A DNA stretch of 64,000 nucleotides from an uncultured Clostridia bacterium (GTDB taxonomy: Bacteria; Bacillota; Clostridia; Christensenellales; CAG-138), in the NCBI GenBank assembly GCA_946631895.1, contig CAMPAN010000002.1, positions 14,946-78,945 of the forward strand. Direction: 5' to 3'. Below the pieces are notes generated by a model, which saw only the letters and a list, made by a program, of their open reading frames with translations, searched no databases and was not told the DNA's origin. Positions 51,201-59,466 of the stretch are shown one piece after another. The position numbers were made by a program, and so were the translations under genes. Each line of letters opens with the position of its first letter. The stretch's first letter is position 1.

Positions 51201-52157
51201 TTTCAGCTTCTGACAGCTGTTCAGCGGCGAGAAATCCATCGCTTCGTTCTCATATTGGAAATGACCGATGTTTGCGCCTGCAAGACCGTTGAGATCGGAA
51301 AGATTACAGTCCGCGATATGTACGTAATCCAGCTTTTTCAGCCCGGACAGATCTGGCAGCGTTCCCTCGACGCAGATGACGTCCAGAAACTGCAGATTGG
51401 TCATGTAGCGCAGGAAATTGAGGTCCTCCCATCTGTACAGGGAAATCTCCTCGGCAGTCTCGTTATCCAGCCAGTGCGTGCCGGAATCGTCCCGGATGCG
51501 GTTCGCATAGTGTTCCGCATCGACCTTGGCAAAGTTCGCCTTTCGGACCCATTCTTCGTTGCCGTAAAGGACTTCCATCCGATCGCCGATGATAAACAGC
51601 TGATGTATGCGCGCAAGATCCTCGGGAGAGATTCCGGACGCCGTCGGAACGGTCGGCGCGGCGGTTGGGGCGGGCGTCGTTTCGACAGCCGTCTCTTCGG
51701 CTTTTCTGCTGCCGAGCACACGCCAGAGCACGATCCCGACCACGGCGGCAAGCACGACCGCCGCCGCGGCGATGATCCATTTCCGCAGCTTCGAGGCGAT
51801 CGCGACGGGCGCTTTCAGCGCGCCGGCAATGCGGTCGACCAGCTCCTCCGCCGTATAGCGGTCGGCGAAGATCGAGTTCCGCGCCATCAATGCGTTTTCG
51901 ATCAGCGCGGGCGGCGTCGAACCGTCCAGATTGACCGGAATGACGTCGCAGTTCTGCGCGTCGAGCTGCAGGAACCGGTCAACCTCCGGCGAGGCTTCTT
52001 CGAGGTTCTTCGACAGGAAGAACAGAACGGCATCGTTTTTCTTCGGCGAGTGCTCCGGATCGACGGCGAAGCCTTTGCCTTTCAGCGCGTCGAGGATCGG
52101 TCGGACGATCGGTTCGTCCGCCGCCGGAAACAGCGGGTACAGCGTGCGTCTTGCCAT
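48291..52157 (-). CDS. TIR-like N-domain - TM - very long leucine-rich-repeat protein
   Basis: The N-terminal 147 aa are the same as in the downstream paralog. They are followed by ~1100 aa of LRR units (e.g. LTDLSGLSALTGLKRLNITNQALESLEGIQYLSDLEEL). Confidence 0.7.
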   Translation of the reverse strand: MARRTLYPLFPAADEPIVRPILDALKGKGFAVDPEHSPKKNDAVLFFLSKNLEEASPEVDRFLQLDAQNCDVIPVNLDGSTPPALIENALMARNSIFADRYTAEELVDRIAGALKAPVAIASKLRKWIIAAAAVVLAAVVGIVLWRVLGSRKAEETAVETTPAPTAAPTVPTASGISPEDLARIHQLFIIGDRMEVLYGNEEWVRKANFAKVDAEHYANRIRDDSGTHWLDNETAEEISLYRWEDLNFLRYMTNLQFLDVICVEGTLPDLSGLKKLDYVHIADCNLSDLNGLAGANIGHFQYENEAMDFSPLNSCQKLKGAYIELYGELPADLSAFGPPALEELRLTGSGSQGIRDASGLHACVKLKRVMLNDLGLQDLSCLANATAVTELYLNELHALTSLSGLENHTRLNRINIDSCFELTDLNALSSCAGLTEFEGQDFRTPDLSFLTGATKLTRLRLEWMNSIRSLHGLEDHTSLSDIECNGLRNLTDISALESCTSLSRIHISESFALNDVSPVVRLPRLRTMELYGAGPNNVDYLADIVNKNYFCFGVSEVDDWSGLAAITYYDFLNITDRNGSALPYVKDAVVNRFEFWNRNGGNRGSNIPVDYSRFPTVRNELTLHGVSSLEGLPAYDVTNVKITESDFLTSLDGIQNLNRIKEGNYVDLMIEDCPRLSDWSALEGLSLSSLHLEKLFSIPTFKDLSVRFIRLESIIGLDDLSPLRNLDPSKRYDIELFDLDGVTDLSPLNGLKGNRLSVPAHLGQQAQLLEDSSHFSNVDIEYTNEWWRPYEPNVKLYSLEEIDTLPGALLAYVQDVNLLGDRLFNWDEYEWESDWSTNPPTYTLINRATGEQEVIPTGTMTDLSGLSALTGLKRLNITNQALESLEGIQYLSDLEELCAEDCRSLTDVSAAFTVQGLRKLQLTNAPYTSIEGVQNLPELEELKIWGTQVDSMEGVQALSKLRFFDLQWTRVTDFSPLGALPDDCEIKFTVDGVKVQDFLALPDSVLAKVQSLCIAGDWLYNGDGQWWDEDWSSDGTRGWLVRDDGNRTPIGQGTLTDLSFLHRLPNLKRFRIHCNPIVSPDGIETLSHLEEVQIHTCPKITDVSVLFDLPMLESISVRGLPITSVAGIERLPRLSDLSIANTQITDLSPLSGIDTSYADTEHRGFNLSIDNLPKSLTADQFAVLSHFKAFWNINVFNTHCSLWMDALKNVKIYEIHAGGCNFTNETFRQFVEQHPELEYIKVSWTPQLTDVSPLLTLKNLRTACVSHNMPQAIASLGEEYPFRLEIEN
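51717..52157 (-). repeat. ~440-bp near-identical repeat, copy 2 (5' end of 48291..52157)
   Basis: See copy 1. Confidence 0.85.
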
Positions 52158-52182
52158 GGAATGCGTTCTCCTTTTCTCGGTT

Positions 52183-53334
52183 TTATGGGACCAGAACGAC
52201 TGTGAATTGTTTGTCCCCGCTCCATTTCAGGGGCAGCATGTCCGCGCTGACCGTAACGGTGCGAAGCGACGGAAGCGATGCAAGGACGGTCAGATCGCGT
52301 ACGTTCGTGTGTTCTATGTGCAGCGTCGCAAGGTTTGTCAGTCCGTTCAGCGCCGAAAGGTCGGAAATCGCGCTGCCGGAAAGATACAGCTCCTCGAGAA
52401 GAACGAGACCGTTCAGCGGCGAAAGGTCCTTTACGGGTTGACCGATCAGCGCAAGCCGTTCGAGAAATACCATCGTGCCGATCACGGACAGGTCGGAAAC
52501 CTGACCGGTAACGACCTTCGCCCCGTTGACGCGGATGGTTCTGTCCTCGTCAATGCGGACGTCATCCGTCTTTTCGAGGGTCATGTGCCCGCAAAAATAC
52601 AGCTCTTTGACCGCTGCAAGCTCCGGGCGCAGAATGTCGCCTTGCTTTTTGCCGAGGATGCCGCGAACGGCGTTCTCCTGCTGGGAATCGGGGAACCTGA
52701 CCGGAAACAGCTCCGGGTCGATCGTCGGCGTCGGGGAAGGATCGGAAGTCGGCGTCGGGGAGGGCGTCGGAGAGGACGAAACGTGCGGCGTCGGCGTCGG
52801 TTTGTTCGGCGGATCAAAGAATCCGTCGGCGGCGGCGACGAGTCCGATCACCGAACCCGCAAGCAGCAGCGCCGTGGCGGCAAGTCCGATCCATTCTCCC
52901 CGAACGGAATCGGTCCATCTGCGATAGAACGAACGCTTCAGCGCTTTCCACGAAAGGATCTCCGCAGCCTCCGCCTTTGCCTGCGGATTCGGAAGCAGCA
53001 GCTTTTTCCAAGCGTCGTTCGGCGCAGTCGATTCCAGCGGAACGAGCAGGATCGGCTTTTTGAGCGCCGCTGCGGTCTTGATTTCGGAAAAGCAGTTCGG
53101 CGAAGCAAGCGCGGTCTCCGATACAAAGAACAGAACGGCGGCGCATCCACGCATATGCAGTTCGATGTTCTTCGGCCAGTCGCTGCCGGCGGGAATGCCC
53201 TCGTCGTACCAGAGCCGGAGCTTCCGGTCGTTCAGTACGGAAATGATCTCCAGCACCCGGTCCGAATCGCGATGCGAATAGCTGATGAATACATAGGGGC
53301 GCTTGCCCTCGTACGGCTTGAAATACACGCTCAT
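52183..53334 (-). CDS. Canonical TIR domain - TM - PT linker - LRR protein
   Basis: YVFISYSHRDSDRV...LRLWYDEGIPAGSDW...VLFFVSETALASPNCFSEIKTA matches bacterial TIR_2-type motifs, including the conserved Glu region. TM is WIGLAATALLLAGSVIGLVAAA, followed by a PTPTPHVSSSPTPSPTPTSDPSPTPT linker and about 7 LRR units. The start has an ATGA overlap with the upstream gene. Confidence 0.8.
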   Translation of the reverse strand: MSVYFKPYEGKRPYVFISYSHRDSDRVLEIISVLNDRKLRLWYDEGIPAGSDWPKNIELHMRGCAAVLFFVSETALASPNCFSEIKTAAALKKPILLVPLESTAPNDAWKKLLLPNPQAKAEAAEILSWKALKRSFYRRWTDSVRGEWIGLAATALLLAGSVIGLVAAADGFFDPPNKPTPTPHVSSSPTPSPTPTSDPSPTPTIDPELFPVRFPDSQQENAVRGILGKKQGDILRPELAAVKELYFCGHMTLEKTDDVRIDEDRTIRVNGAKVVTGQVSDLSVIGTMVFLERLALIGQPVKDLSPLNGLVLLEELYLSGSAISDLSALNGLTNLATLHIEHTNVRDLTVLASLPSLRTVTVSADMLPLKWSGDKQFTVVLVP

Positions 53335-54173
53335 TCGGAATCACCTCCGAACAGCTCGACGGTATAATCCGCAAGCTCCGGATACCGGGACGCATTCTTT
53401 GCCGCTGTCTGTGAAAGCACGACCGTTTCAAGATTGGGAAGCAGCGAAAGATCGGAAAGCGTACCCGGAAGCTCGTCTCCGGAAAACCGCAGCGCAGTGA
53501 TCTCCCGCAGCCGCTCCTCCGTAAGCGGACCGCCGCCGAGCGCGCTGCGCACCGTTTCACGCACGGTTTCATCCGAGAAAACGACGGTATCCGTCTCAGC
53601 CGGCGGAGAGGGGATCACCCTGCGCAGCAGCCAAAAGAGAACGCCGCATGCCGACAGAAGGATCGCCGCTGCGATCAGCGCGGCTGCAAGTCGCTTTATC
53701 GGGCTGCGTTTGTCACGGATCGGAACGCCGATCAGGTCCTGCGAAAAGCCGTCCGCATGCAGAAGCGCGTGTTCCGCGTCGGACGCCTGCGCGCCGCGGG
53801 GGAGCCGGATTTCGGCGGCGTCTGCATGCAGCCCGATGGACAGCCCGCTGTCTCCGCCGTCCGTATTGAGACAGACGATCTTCTGTCCGCTGCGCTGGCA
53901 CGCCAGAAGGCGGCTTTTGGCTGCCGGATCGTTCCGGAACGCCTCGTCCAGATAGACTGCCGTCAGCGTCGCCGCGAGCATGCGTTCGTTCATCAACGCG
54001 CGCACGTTCCGGTCCGTTCCGGATTCCGTATCAAAAAAAACGCGTACGCCGCGCGCCTGCAAACGGCGCAGCAAGGCAGACGCCTTTTTGCCGCTCGCTT
54101 TCGAGAAGCAAAGGTGCAGGTACGGTTCGTTTCCGGTGTAGGGGGCGTATGCTTTGATCGGATCCTTCATCAT
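53331..54173 (-). CDS. Divergent TIR-like domain - TM - short LRR protein
   Basis: I placed the start at MMKDP (GAAAGG RBS). The listed TTG extension is unsupported. The N-domain has a similar beta-alpha pattern (YLHLCFS...GVRVFFD...TAVYLDE). TM is LAAALIAAAILLSACGVLFWLL. The tail LSDLSLLPNLETVVLS is LRR-like. Confidence 0.5.
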   Translation of the reverse strand: MMKDPIKAYAPYTGNEPYLHLCFSKASGKKASALLRRLQARGVRVFFDTESGTDRNVRALMNERMLAATLTAVYLDEAFRNDPAAKSRLLACQRSGQKIVCLNTDGGDSGLSIGLHADAAEIRLPRGAQASDAEHALLHADGFSQDLIGVPIRDKRSPIKRLAAALIAAAILLSACGVLFWLLRRVIPSPPAETDTVVFSDETVRETVRSALGGGPLTEERLREITALRFSGDELPGTLSDLSLLPNLETVVLSQTAAKNASRYPELADYTVELFGGDSE

Positions 54174-54236
54174 CGGCAAACCTTTCGGTGTTTGACAGAA
54201 ACGGTATTCGTACAAAAATCATACCGTGATAAATAT

Positions 54237-54264
54237 ATTATATCATCCTGACGCAAAAAAGCAA
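54237..54264 (-). promoter_or_regulatory. Candidate promoter of the TIR-LRR/HD/SLOG operon
   Basis: On the minus strand: TTGCTT (54264-54259), a 16-nt spacer, then TATAAT (54242-54237). It lies ~65 nt upstream of the first ATG. Confidence 0.4.
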
Positions 54265-54537
54265 GGAATAACGGGGAATCTGCGAAAATGCCGCGGGGCT
54301 TCCGACGGCGGTCCTTCCCGGGATCCGCAGAATCCTTTGCCGCGCGGAATCGGCGGTTTTTTTATTCCCGCAGATCTGTACGGAAGCGGCGTTCCGGAGA
54401 AAGCCTGTCCGCCCGTGCGGGTACTTTCTGCGGACGGTCTCAAAATGCACGGAATCCGAAAAAAGTTTTTCGGGTTTTAATTTCGTTTTAGGAAGCGCCT
54501 GTATGATAAAGCCATCAAGGAAAGCGAGGATACGCAT

Positions 54538-55242
54538 ATGGAAAGCGTACAGGCACCGATCACCGTGATGCAGCGGGTCGAGTGGAAATACATTTTAAGC
54601 GCGGAGCAGACGGATTTCTTCTGCGCGCGATTGAAGGGACACATGGAGCCGGACGCGTACGGGCTCACGACGATCCAGTCGCTCTATTACGATACGCCGG
54701 ACAGACGGCTTGTCCGGACCTCGATCGAAAAGCCGGAATTCAAGGAAAAGATCCGGCTGCGCGCCTACGGACGTGCGACGAACGAAACGCCGGTGTTCCT
54801 GGAGCTCAAGCGCAAGGCGTTTGGGATCGTCTACAAGCGCCGCGTGCAGGCGACGGTCCCGGAGGTGACGCGGTTTTTTGCGGGAGAGCCGGTCCTCGAC
54901 GAAGACGGGCAGATCGATCGCGAGATCACCTATTTCCGCGATTATTACAGAACGCTCGAGCCCGCGTGCATGATCCTCTATGACCGCACCGCGTACTACG
55001 AGCCGGACGGAGACCTCAGACTCACGATCGACCGCAATCCGCGCTATCGGCTCGATGCGCTGTCCTTCGATCACGCGCCGGTCGGGATCCCGCTGCTTGC
55101 GCCGGGCGACACGATCCTTGAAATCAAGGTGCAGGACACGATCCCGCTGTGGCTGGTCCGCATCCTCTCCGAGGGAAAGATCCGCCGCGGAAGCCTCAGC
55201 AAGTACGGCGAAGCATACCGGCGCTCGACGCCGATCCGCTGA
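54538..55242 (+). CDS. VTC-domain (polyphosphate-polymerase-like, CYTH fold) protein
   Basis: RVEWKYIL, IRLRAY, FLELKRKAFGIVYKRR, REITYF..YY..LEP, LRLTIDRN and ILEIKVQDTIPLWL fit the bacterial VTC-domain family as I remember it. Confidence 0.65.
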   Translation: MESVQAPITVMQRVEWKYILSAEQTDFFCARLKGHMEPDAYGLTTIQSLYYDTPDRRLVRTSIEKPEFKEKIRLRAYGRATNETPVFLELKRKAFGIVYKRRVQATVPEVTRFFAGEPVLDEDGQIDREITYFRDYYRTLEPACMILYDRTAYYEPDGDLRLTIDRNPRYRLDALSFDHAPVGIPLLAPGDTILEIKVQDTIPLWLVRILSEGKIRRGSLSKYGEAYRRSTPIR

Positions 55243-55254
55243 AAGGAGTTATCT

Positions 55255-55926
55255 ATGTTTGATTCGATCTATTCTTCCTCCGTAACCGCCGCGGAATTCT
55301 TTTGGATGGCGGGCGTCGCCGTTCTCTCCGGCATTCTCTTTGCATGGATCATGTCGCGGCGGGTGCGCTCCACGAAGCGCTTCTTCATCGTCGCGTCGCT
55401 CATCCCGTTCGTGGTCGGCGCGGTGATCACCTTTGTGAACGGCAACATCGGCGCGGGCGTTGCGATCGGCGGCGCGTTCAGCCTGATTCGTTTCCGCTCG
55501 GCGCAGGGCACGGCGGACGAGATCGCCGCGATCCTGATCGCCATGGGCGCAGGCATTGCCTTCGGCATGGGCTATCTTGCCTACGGCGTGATCATCCTTC
55601 TCGTGCTTGCGCTTCTGTATTTTCTCTTTGCGTCGCTGCACCTGTTCGACAGCAAGCCGCTGCGCGAGGAACGGCTTTTGAAGGTGACGGTGCCGGAATC
55701 GCTGGAATACACCGATATGTTCGACGAGCCGTTTGCGCGGTATCTGAAAAGTGTTGAGCGTCTCGGCGTGAAAACGACCGGCATGGGCTCCATGTTCCGG
55801 CTCTCGTTCCTCGTTTCTCTGAAGGATCCGAAGGAGGAAAAGGCGTTCATCGACGAGCTGCGTACCCGGAACGGAAACCTCGAGATCGCGCTGCTGCCGT
55901 ACAGCGAGCAGCAGGCGCAGCTATAA
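55255..55926 (+). CDS. DUF4956-like membrane protein (usual VTC partner)
   Basis: AAAGGAG RBS. Three to four TM helices and a soluble tail. Its position immediately after a VTC gene is the arrangement I recall for DUF4956. Confidence 0.55.
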   Translation: MFDSIYSSSVTAAEFFWMAGVAVLSGILFAWIMSRRVRSTKRFFIVASLIPFVVGAVITFVNGNIGAGVAIGGAFSLIRFRSAQGTADEIAAILIAMGAGIAFGMGYLAYGVIILLVLALLYFLFASLHLFDSKPLREERLLKVTVPESLEYTDMFDEPFARYLKSVERLGVKTTGMGSMFRLSFLVSLKDPKEEKAFIDELRTRNGNLEIALLPYSEQQAQL

Positions 55927-56043
55927 GTTCAGTCTGGTGAAAACTCATTTTCAACAGACCGGTTGATCTTACGGCATCCTGCGGAAAAAAAGCTTTGCAA
56001 ACCGAAAGACTGATTGTATACTGTTTGCAGAAAGGAAAGAACC

Positions 56044-58158
56044 ATGAAACGCACATTTGCTATTCTACTCATATTCGCGCTTCTCTGCACCGCCTGCGGT
56101 GTGCAGACGAACGCCGGTTCCTCTTCGATCGCCGTCGTGCCGGCTTCCGAAACGTCGATCCCCGTGACGGCGGCGGCGACGGCAGCGACGGTCGACGTCG
56201 AAACGCTGGGCGATCCGACCGACAGCTCCAGGGAAGCGACGGACGATTTCACGATCACATCCGATGCCGGCGCAATTACGCCGGTCGGTTCGGTCTATAC
56301 GATCACGGCGGCGGGCGAATACACGCTGTCCGGTCTGCTCTCGGACGGACAGATCGCGGTGGACGTCGGCGACGATGACGAGGTGAAGCTGCTGCTCGAC
56401 AACGCTTCGATCTCCTGCTCGACCGGCGCGCCGATCCTGATTCAAAACGCGGCGGAAGTTACGCTGAAAGCGGAAAAGGACACCTACAACACCGTGACCG
56501 ATCTCCGGACCGGCAACGCGGAGGGCGTCGAGGAGGACGCGGCGATCTATGCCGCCTCGGATCTGAAGCTTACGGGCAGCGGCACGCTGATCGTCGAGAC
56601 CGCGTTTGACAACGGTGTGAAATCGAAGGACGATCTTTCCGTCAAAAATCTGACGCTGAAGGTCACGGCGGCGGGCAACGCCCTGAAAGGCAACGATTCC
56701 GTGACGATCAAGTCCGGCAGTCTCATTCTGATCTCCACCGCGTCCGACGGCGTCAAGACCGAAAATTCGGACGTCTCGTCGAAGGGCAAGCAGCGCGGGA
56801 CCGTGTCGATCACGGGCGGGCAGGTCGATATCTATGCAGCCTGCGACGGGATCTCCGCAGCATACAACATCGAGATCTCCGAGGAGGAAAGCTGCACCGT
56901 CAACATCTATACCGCGTCGTACGCGGACGTCGGGACGGCTGCGGCGGGCGCGGAAACGTATCTGATCGTGCCGACCTCGCTGTACAGCGACGGCTGCGAC
57001 TACTATGCGTATCTCTACAACGACGACGATGCCGCGGGCGTCTATGCGCAGTGCACCTATGAAACGATGGTCTACAGCGGACGCACCGGGTATTACGGGC
57101 TCGTGTTCCGCATCCCGGACGGATATCGGAACATCCTGTTCGAGATCGTGGAGCGCGGCACCACGCCGGACGGCAAAAACTACAAAGCGAGCACGACCGG
57201 CGAGACGGTCAACACCGCAATGAACGGATATCTGATGACCTCCGTTTCCGGCGGAACGATCTCGGGCGACTGGGTCAGCATCACAAGCGGAAGCAATTCG
57301 TCCAAAACGACGTATTCCTCCAAGGGCATGAAGGCTGAAAACGAGATCATCATCGACGCCGGAACGGTCACGGTCTGCGCGGGCGACGACGGTCTGCACG
57401 CGAACAGCGGCACGGCGCTGGGAAACGGCGCGGCGGGGCTCGGCAATATCACCGTGAACGGCGGCGCTGTGACGGTGACGGCGGCGGACGACGGCATGCA
57501 CGCGGACAATGCGCTGACCGTGAACGCGGGAACGGTGCACATCGTCGAATCGCATGAGGGGCTCGAGGCGAACGTGATCACGCTGAACGGCGGCACGACC
57601 CTTGTCTATGCCGACGACGACGGGCTGAACGCCTGCAAGGGCGCGGCAACGCCGATGGTGACGATCAACGGCGGGCATGCCGAGATCCGCACGCCCTCCG
57701 GCGATACGGATGCGATCGACTCGAACGGCAGCTTTCTGATGACCGGCGGCACGGTACTGGTGCTCGGCGGCGCACAGATGGGCGGCATGGCGGGCTCGGT
57801 CGACACGGACGGCACGGTCACCGTGACCGGCGGCACGATCGTCGCGCTGGGCGGCATCTGTCAGATCCCCTCGGACGGCTCGGTCAACACCTACGTGTCG
57901 AACGGCACAAGCTTCTCCGCGGGCGCATACCGCATCACGGACGCAGGCGGGAACACGATCTTCTCGTTTACACTGTCCGAATCCTATTCCTCCTGCTGGA
58001 TCGCGTCGGACGCATTCGCGCTGAACGGCTCGTACACGGTGGAGAAGGACGGCTCGACCCTGCTCTCCTGGACGCAGTCGTCCGCGACCGAGGGCGACGC
58101 GGGTAATTACGGCGGATTCGGCGGCTTCGGCGGATTCGGCGGGCACGGAAGAAGATAA
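56044..58158 (+). CDS. Secreted/lipoprotein beta-helix repeat protein (Cthe_2159/DUF4353-like)
   Basis: ATG with a GAAAGGAAAG RBS. Signal peptide MKRTFAILLIFALLCTAC-G. Repeated DDG(L/M)(H/N)A and DAIDSNG motifs are spaced regularly. The C-terminal tail is GGFGGFGGFGGHGRR. Confidence 0.55.
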   Translation: MKRTFAILLIFALLCTACGVQTNAGSSSIAVVPASETSIPVTAAATAATVDVETLGDPTDSSREATDDFTITSDAGAITPVGSVYTITAAGEYTLSGLLSDGQIAVDVGDDDEVKLLLDNASISCSTGAPILIQNAAEVTLKAEKDTYNTVTDLRTGNAEGVEEDAAIYAASDLKLTGSGTLIVETAFDNGVKSKDDLSVKNLTLKVTAAGNALKGNDSVTIKSGSLILISTASDGVKTENSDVSSKGKQRGTVSITGGQVDIYAACDGISAAYNIEISEEESCTVNIYTASYADVGTAAAGAETYLIVPTSLYSDGCDYYAYLYNDDDAAGVYAQCTYETMVYSGRTGYYGLVFRIPDGYRNILFEIVERGTTPDGKNYKASTTGETVNTAMNGYLMTSVSGGTISGDWVSITSGSNSSKTTYSSKGMKAENEIIIDAGTVTVCAGDDGLHANSGTALGNGAAGLGNITVNGGAVTVTAADDGMHADNALTVNAGTVHIVESHEGLEANVITLNGGTTLVYADDDGLNACKGAATPMVTINGGHAEIRTPSGDTDAIDSNGSFLMTGGTVLVLGGAQMGGMAGSVDTDGTVTVTGGTIVALGGICQIPSDGSVNTYVSNGTSFSAGAYRITDAGGNTIFSFTLSESYSSCWIASDAFALNGSYTVEKDGSTLLSWTQSSATEGDAGNYGGFGGFGGFGGHGRR

Positions 58159-58170
58159 TCCCGTACGGAA

Positions 58171-58203
58171 AAACAGCACCGGAAACTCCGGTGCTGTTTT
58201 GGT
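58171..58203. terminator. Bidirectional terminator between convergent genes
   Basis: AAACAGCACCGG / CCGGTGCTGTTT stem with loop AAACT, then TTGG. Confidence 0.65.
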
Positions 58204-58209
58204 TTGCCG

Positions 58210-59466
58210 TTATTCCGGGAATGTCGCTTCCACGGTCAGGGACTGCCCGTCCGAGACCGCGCGGATCTTTCCCTTATGCGATTCGACGACCGCCTTTGCG
58301 ATCGCAAGCCCGAGCCCGAATCCGCCGGTCTCGGAATTGCGCGAGGCGTCGGCGCGGTAGAACCGGTCGAACAGGCGGTCCTGATCGCCCTTTTCCATGT
58401 TCTCCGCGGTGTTCGTCACGGAAAGCAGGGTCTGCCTGCCGGTCTTTCTGAGCGACAGCGCAACGGTCCCGCCGTCCGGCGAATACTTCATGGCGTTGTC
58501 CAGGAGGATCGAGACGAGCTTGCGGATCGACTTTTCGTCGCCGTGCAGGGAAAGCATGGGCTGAACGTCCGCGGCAAACGTCTTGCTTTGCGCTTTGGCA
58601 ACCGCCTGAAACGGCTGCGCAGCGTCCGAAACGACGTCGGACAGCGGAAAATCCAGCATCTGCGGCTTCGCGCTCTCCTCCTCCATGCGCGACAGATAGA
58701 TCAGGTCGTTGGTCAGCGAGGAAAGCCGGTCCGTCTGCGTGCGGATGTCCGCGATCCATTCGCTGTCCGGAAGGTCCGCTTCGAGCACGTCCGTGTCCGC
58801 GCGGATGATCGTGATCGGCGTCTTCAGTTCGTGTCCCGCGTCGGTGATGAACTGCTTCTGCTTTTCGTAGCTTTGGGCGATCGGACGCACGATCCGCGCC
58901 GAAAGGAGCAGCAGCAGCAGAAATACCATGACGAAGCCCGCCGCGGAAATGCCGACGCTCGTCCAAAGGAACGTGCGGAACGTCGAAAGCTCGCGCTCGC
59001 GGTTCAGAAAGATCCACCGCGTTCCGTCGTCCTGCGGCGTGCCGAGGTACCGGTAATCGCCCGAAAAGCCGGATGCGCGTCCGCTCTTTGCCGCGGCTTT
59101 CGCCATCTCCTCCGCCGTCTGCTCGTCCACGGTCACGACGTTTTTGAGATCGGAGCTAATGACCTTGCCGGACGCCGACAGCGTCACCGAAAAGTAGCGC
59201 GACTGATAGGGTCGCTCGCCGGAAAACTCGCGGCGCCGTCCGTGTCCCGTTCCGCTCCCGCGCGGGTCCTGTGCGGTCTTGCCGCCGAACGTAAAGCCGC
59301 CGGAGCCGTTCTCCCCGATCTCCGCAAGCGTGGAAAGCGTTTCGTCCGCTTCGGTCACGAGCGTGCGGTAATTCAAAATATTGATGAGCCCGATGAGAAG
59401 TCCCAGTACGATGAACAGCGACAGCATCGCCGCCAGTACAAATTTTCGCTGCAGTTTCCGGATCAT
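58210..59466 (-). CDS. Sensor histidine kinase (paralog of 23496..24722)
   Basis: H-box AGHELKTPITII, N-box LVSILLDNAMKYS, DRFYRAD and GGFGLGLAIAKAVVESHKG. The N-terminus is similar to that of the other kinase. Confidence 0.85.
   Translation of the reverse strand: MIRKLQRKFVLAAMLSLFIVLGLLIGLINILNYRTLVTEADETLSTLAEIGENGSGGFTFGGKTAQDPRGSGTGHGRRREFSGERPYQSRYFSVTLSASGKVISSDLKNVVTVDEQTAEEMAKAAAKSGRASGFSGDYRYLGTPQDDGTRWIFLNRERELSTFRTFLWTSVGISAAGFVMVFLLLLLLSARIVRPIAQSYEKQKQFITDAGHELKTPITIIRADTDVLEADLPDSEWIADIRTQTDRLSSLTNDLIYLSRMEEESAKPQMLDFPLSDVVSDAAQPFQAVAKAQSKTFAADVQPMLSLHGDEKSIRKLVSILLDNAMKYSPDGGTVALSLRKTGRQTLLSVTNTAENMEKGDQDRLFDRFYRADASRNSETGGFGLGLAIAKAVVESHKGKIRAVSDGQSLTVEATFPE

Noticed and set aside
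45471-52157. Diversity-generating retroelement (template/variable repeat) acting on the LRR genes.
   Set aside because: The only long repeat covers the conserved 5' ends rather than a C-terminal variable region. It shows no adenine-specific mismatch pattern, and no reverse transcriptase gene is present.
23151-58179. Many long ORFs antisense to or overlapping convincing genes in the GC-rich half. Examples: 23151..24185+, 25344..26432-, 28019..28810-, 29060..30343-, 33320..34477-, 36143..37336-, 39442..40355-, 43356..45827+, 46614..53367+ and 56065..58179-.
   Set aside because: Their products are Arg/Gly/Pro/Ala-rich low-complexity sequences with no motifs or RBSs. They are the usual stop-codon-poor shadow frames of high-GC DNA. 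In each case the opposite or alternative frame carries clear family signatures.
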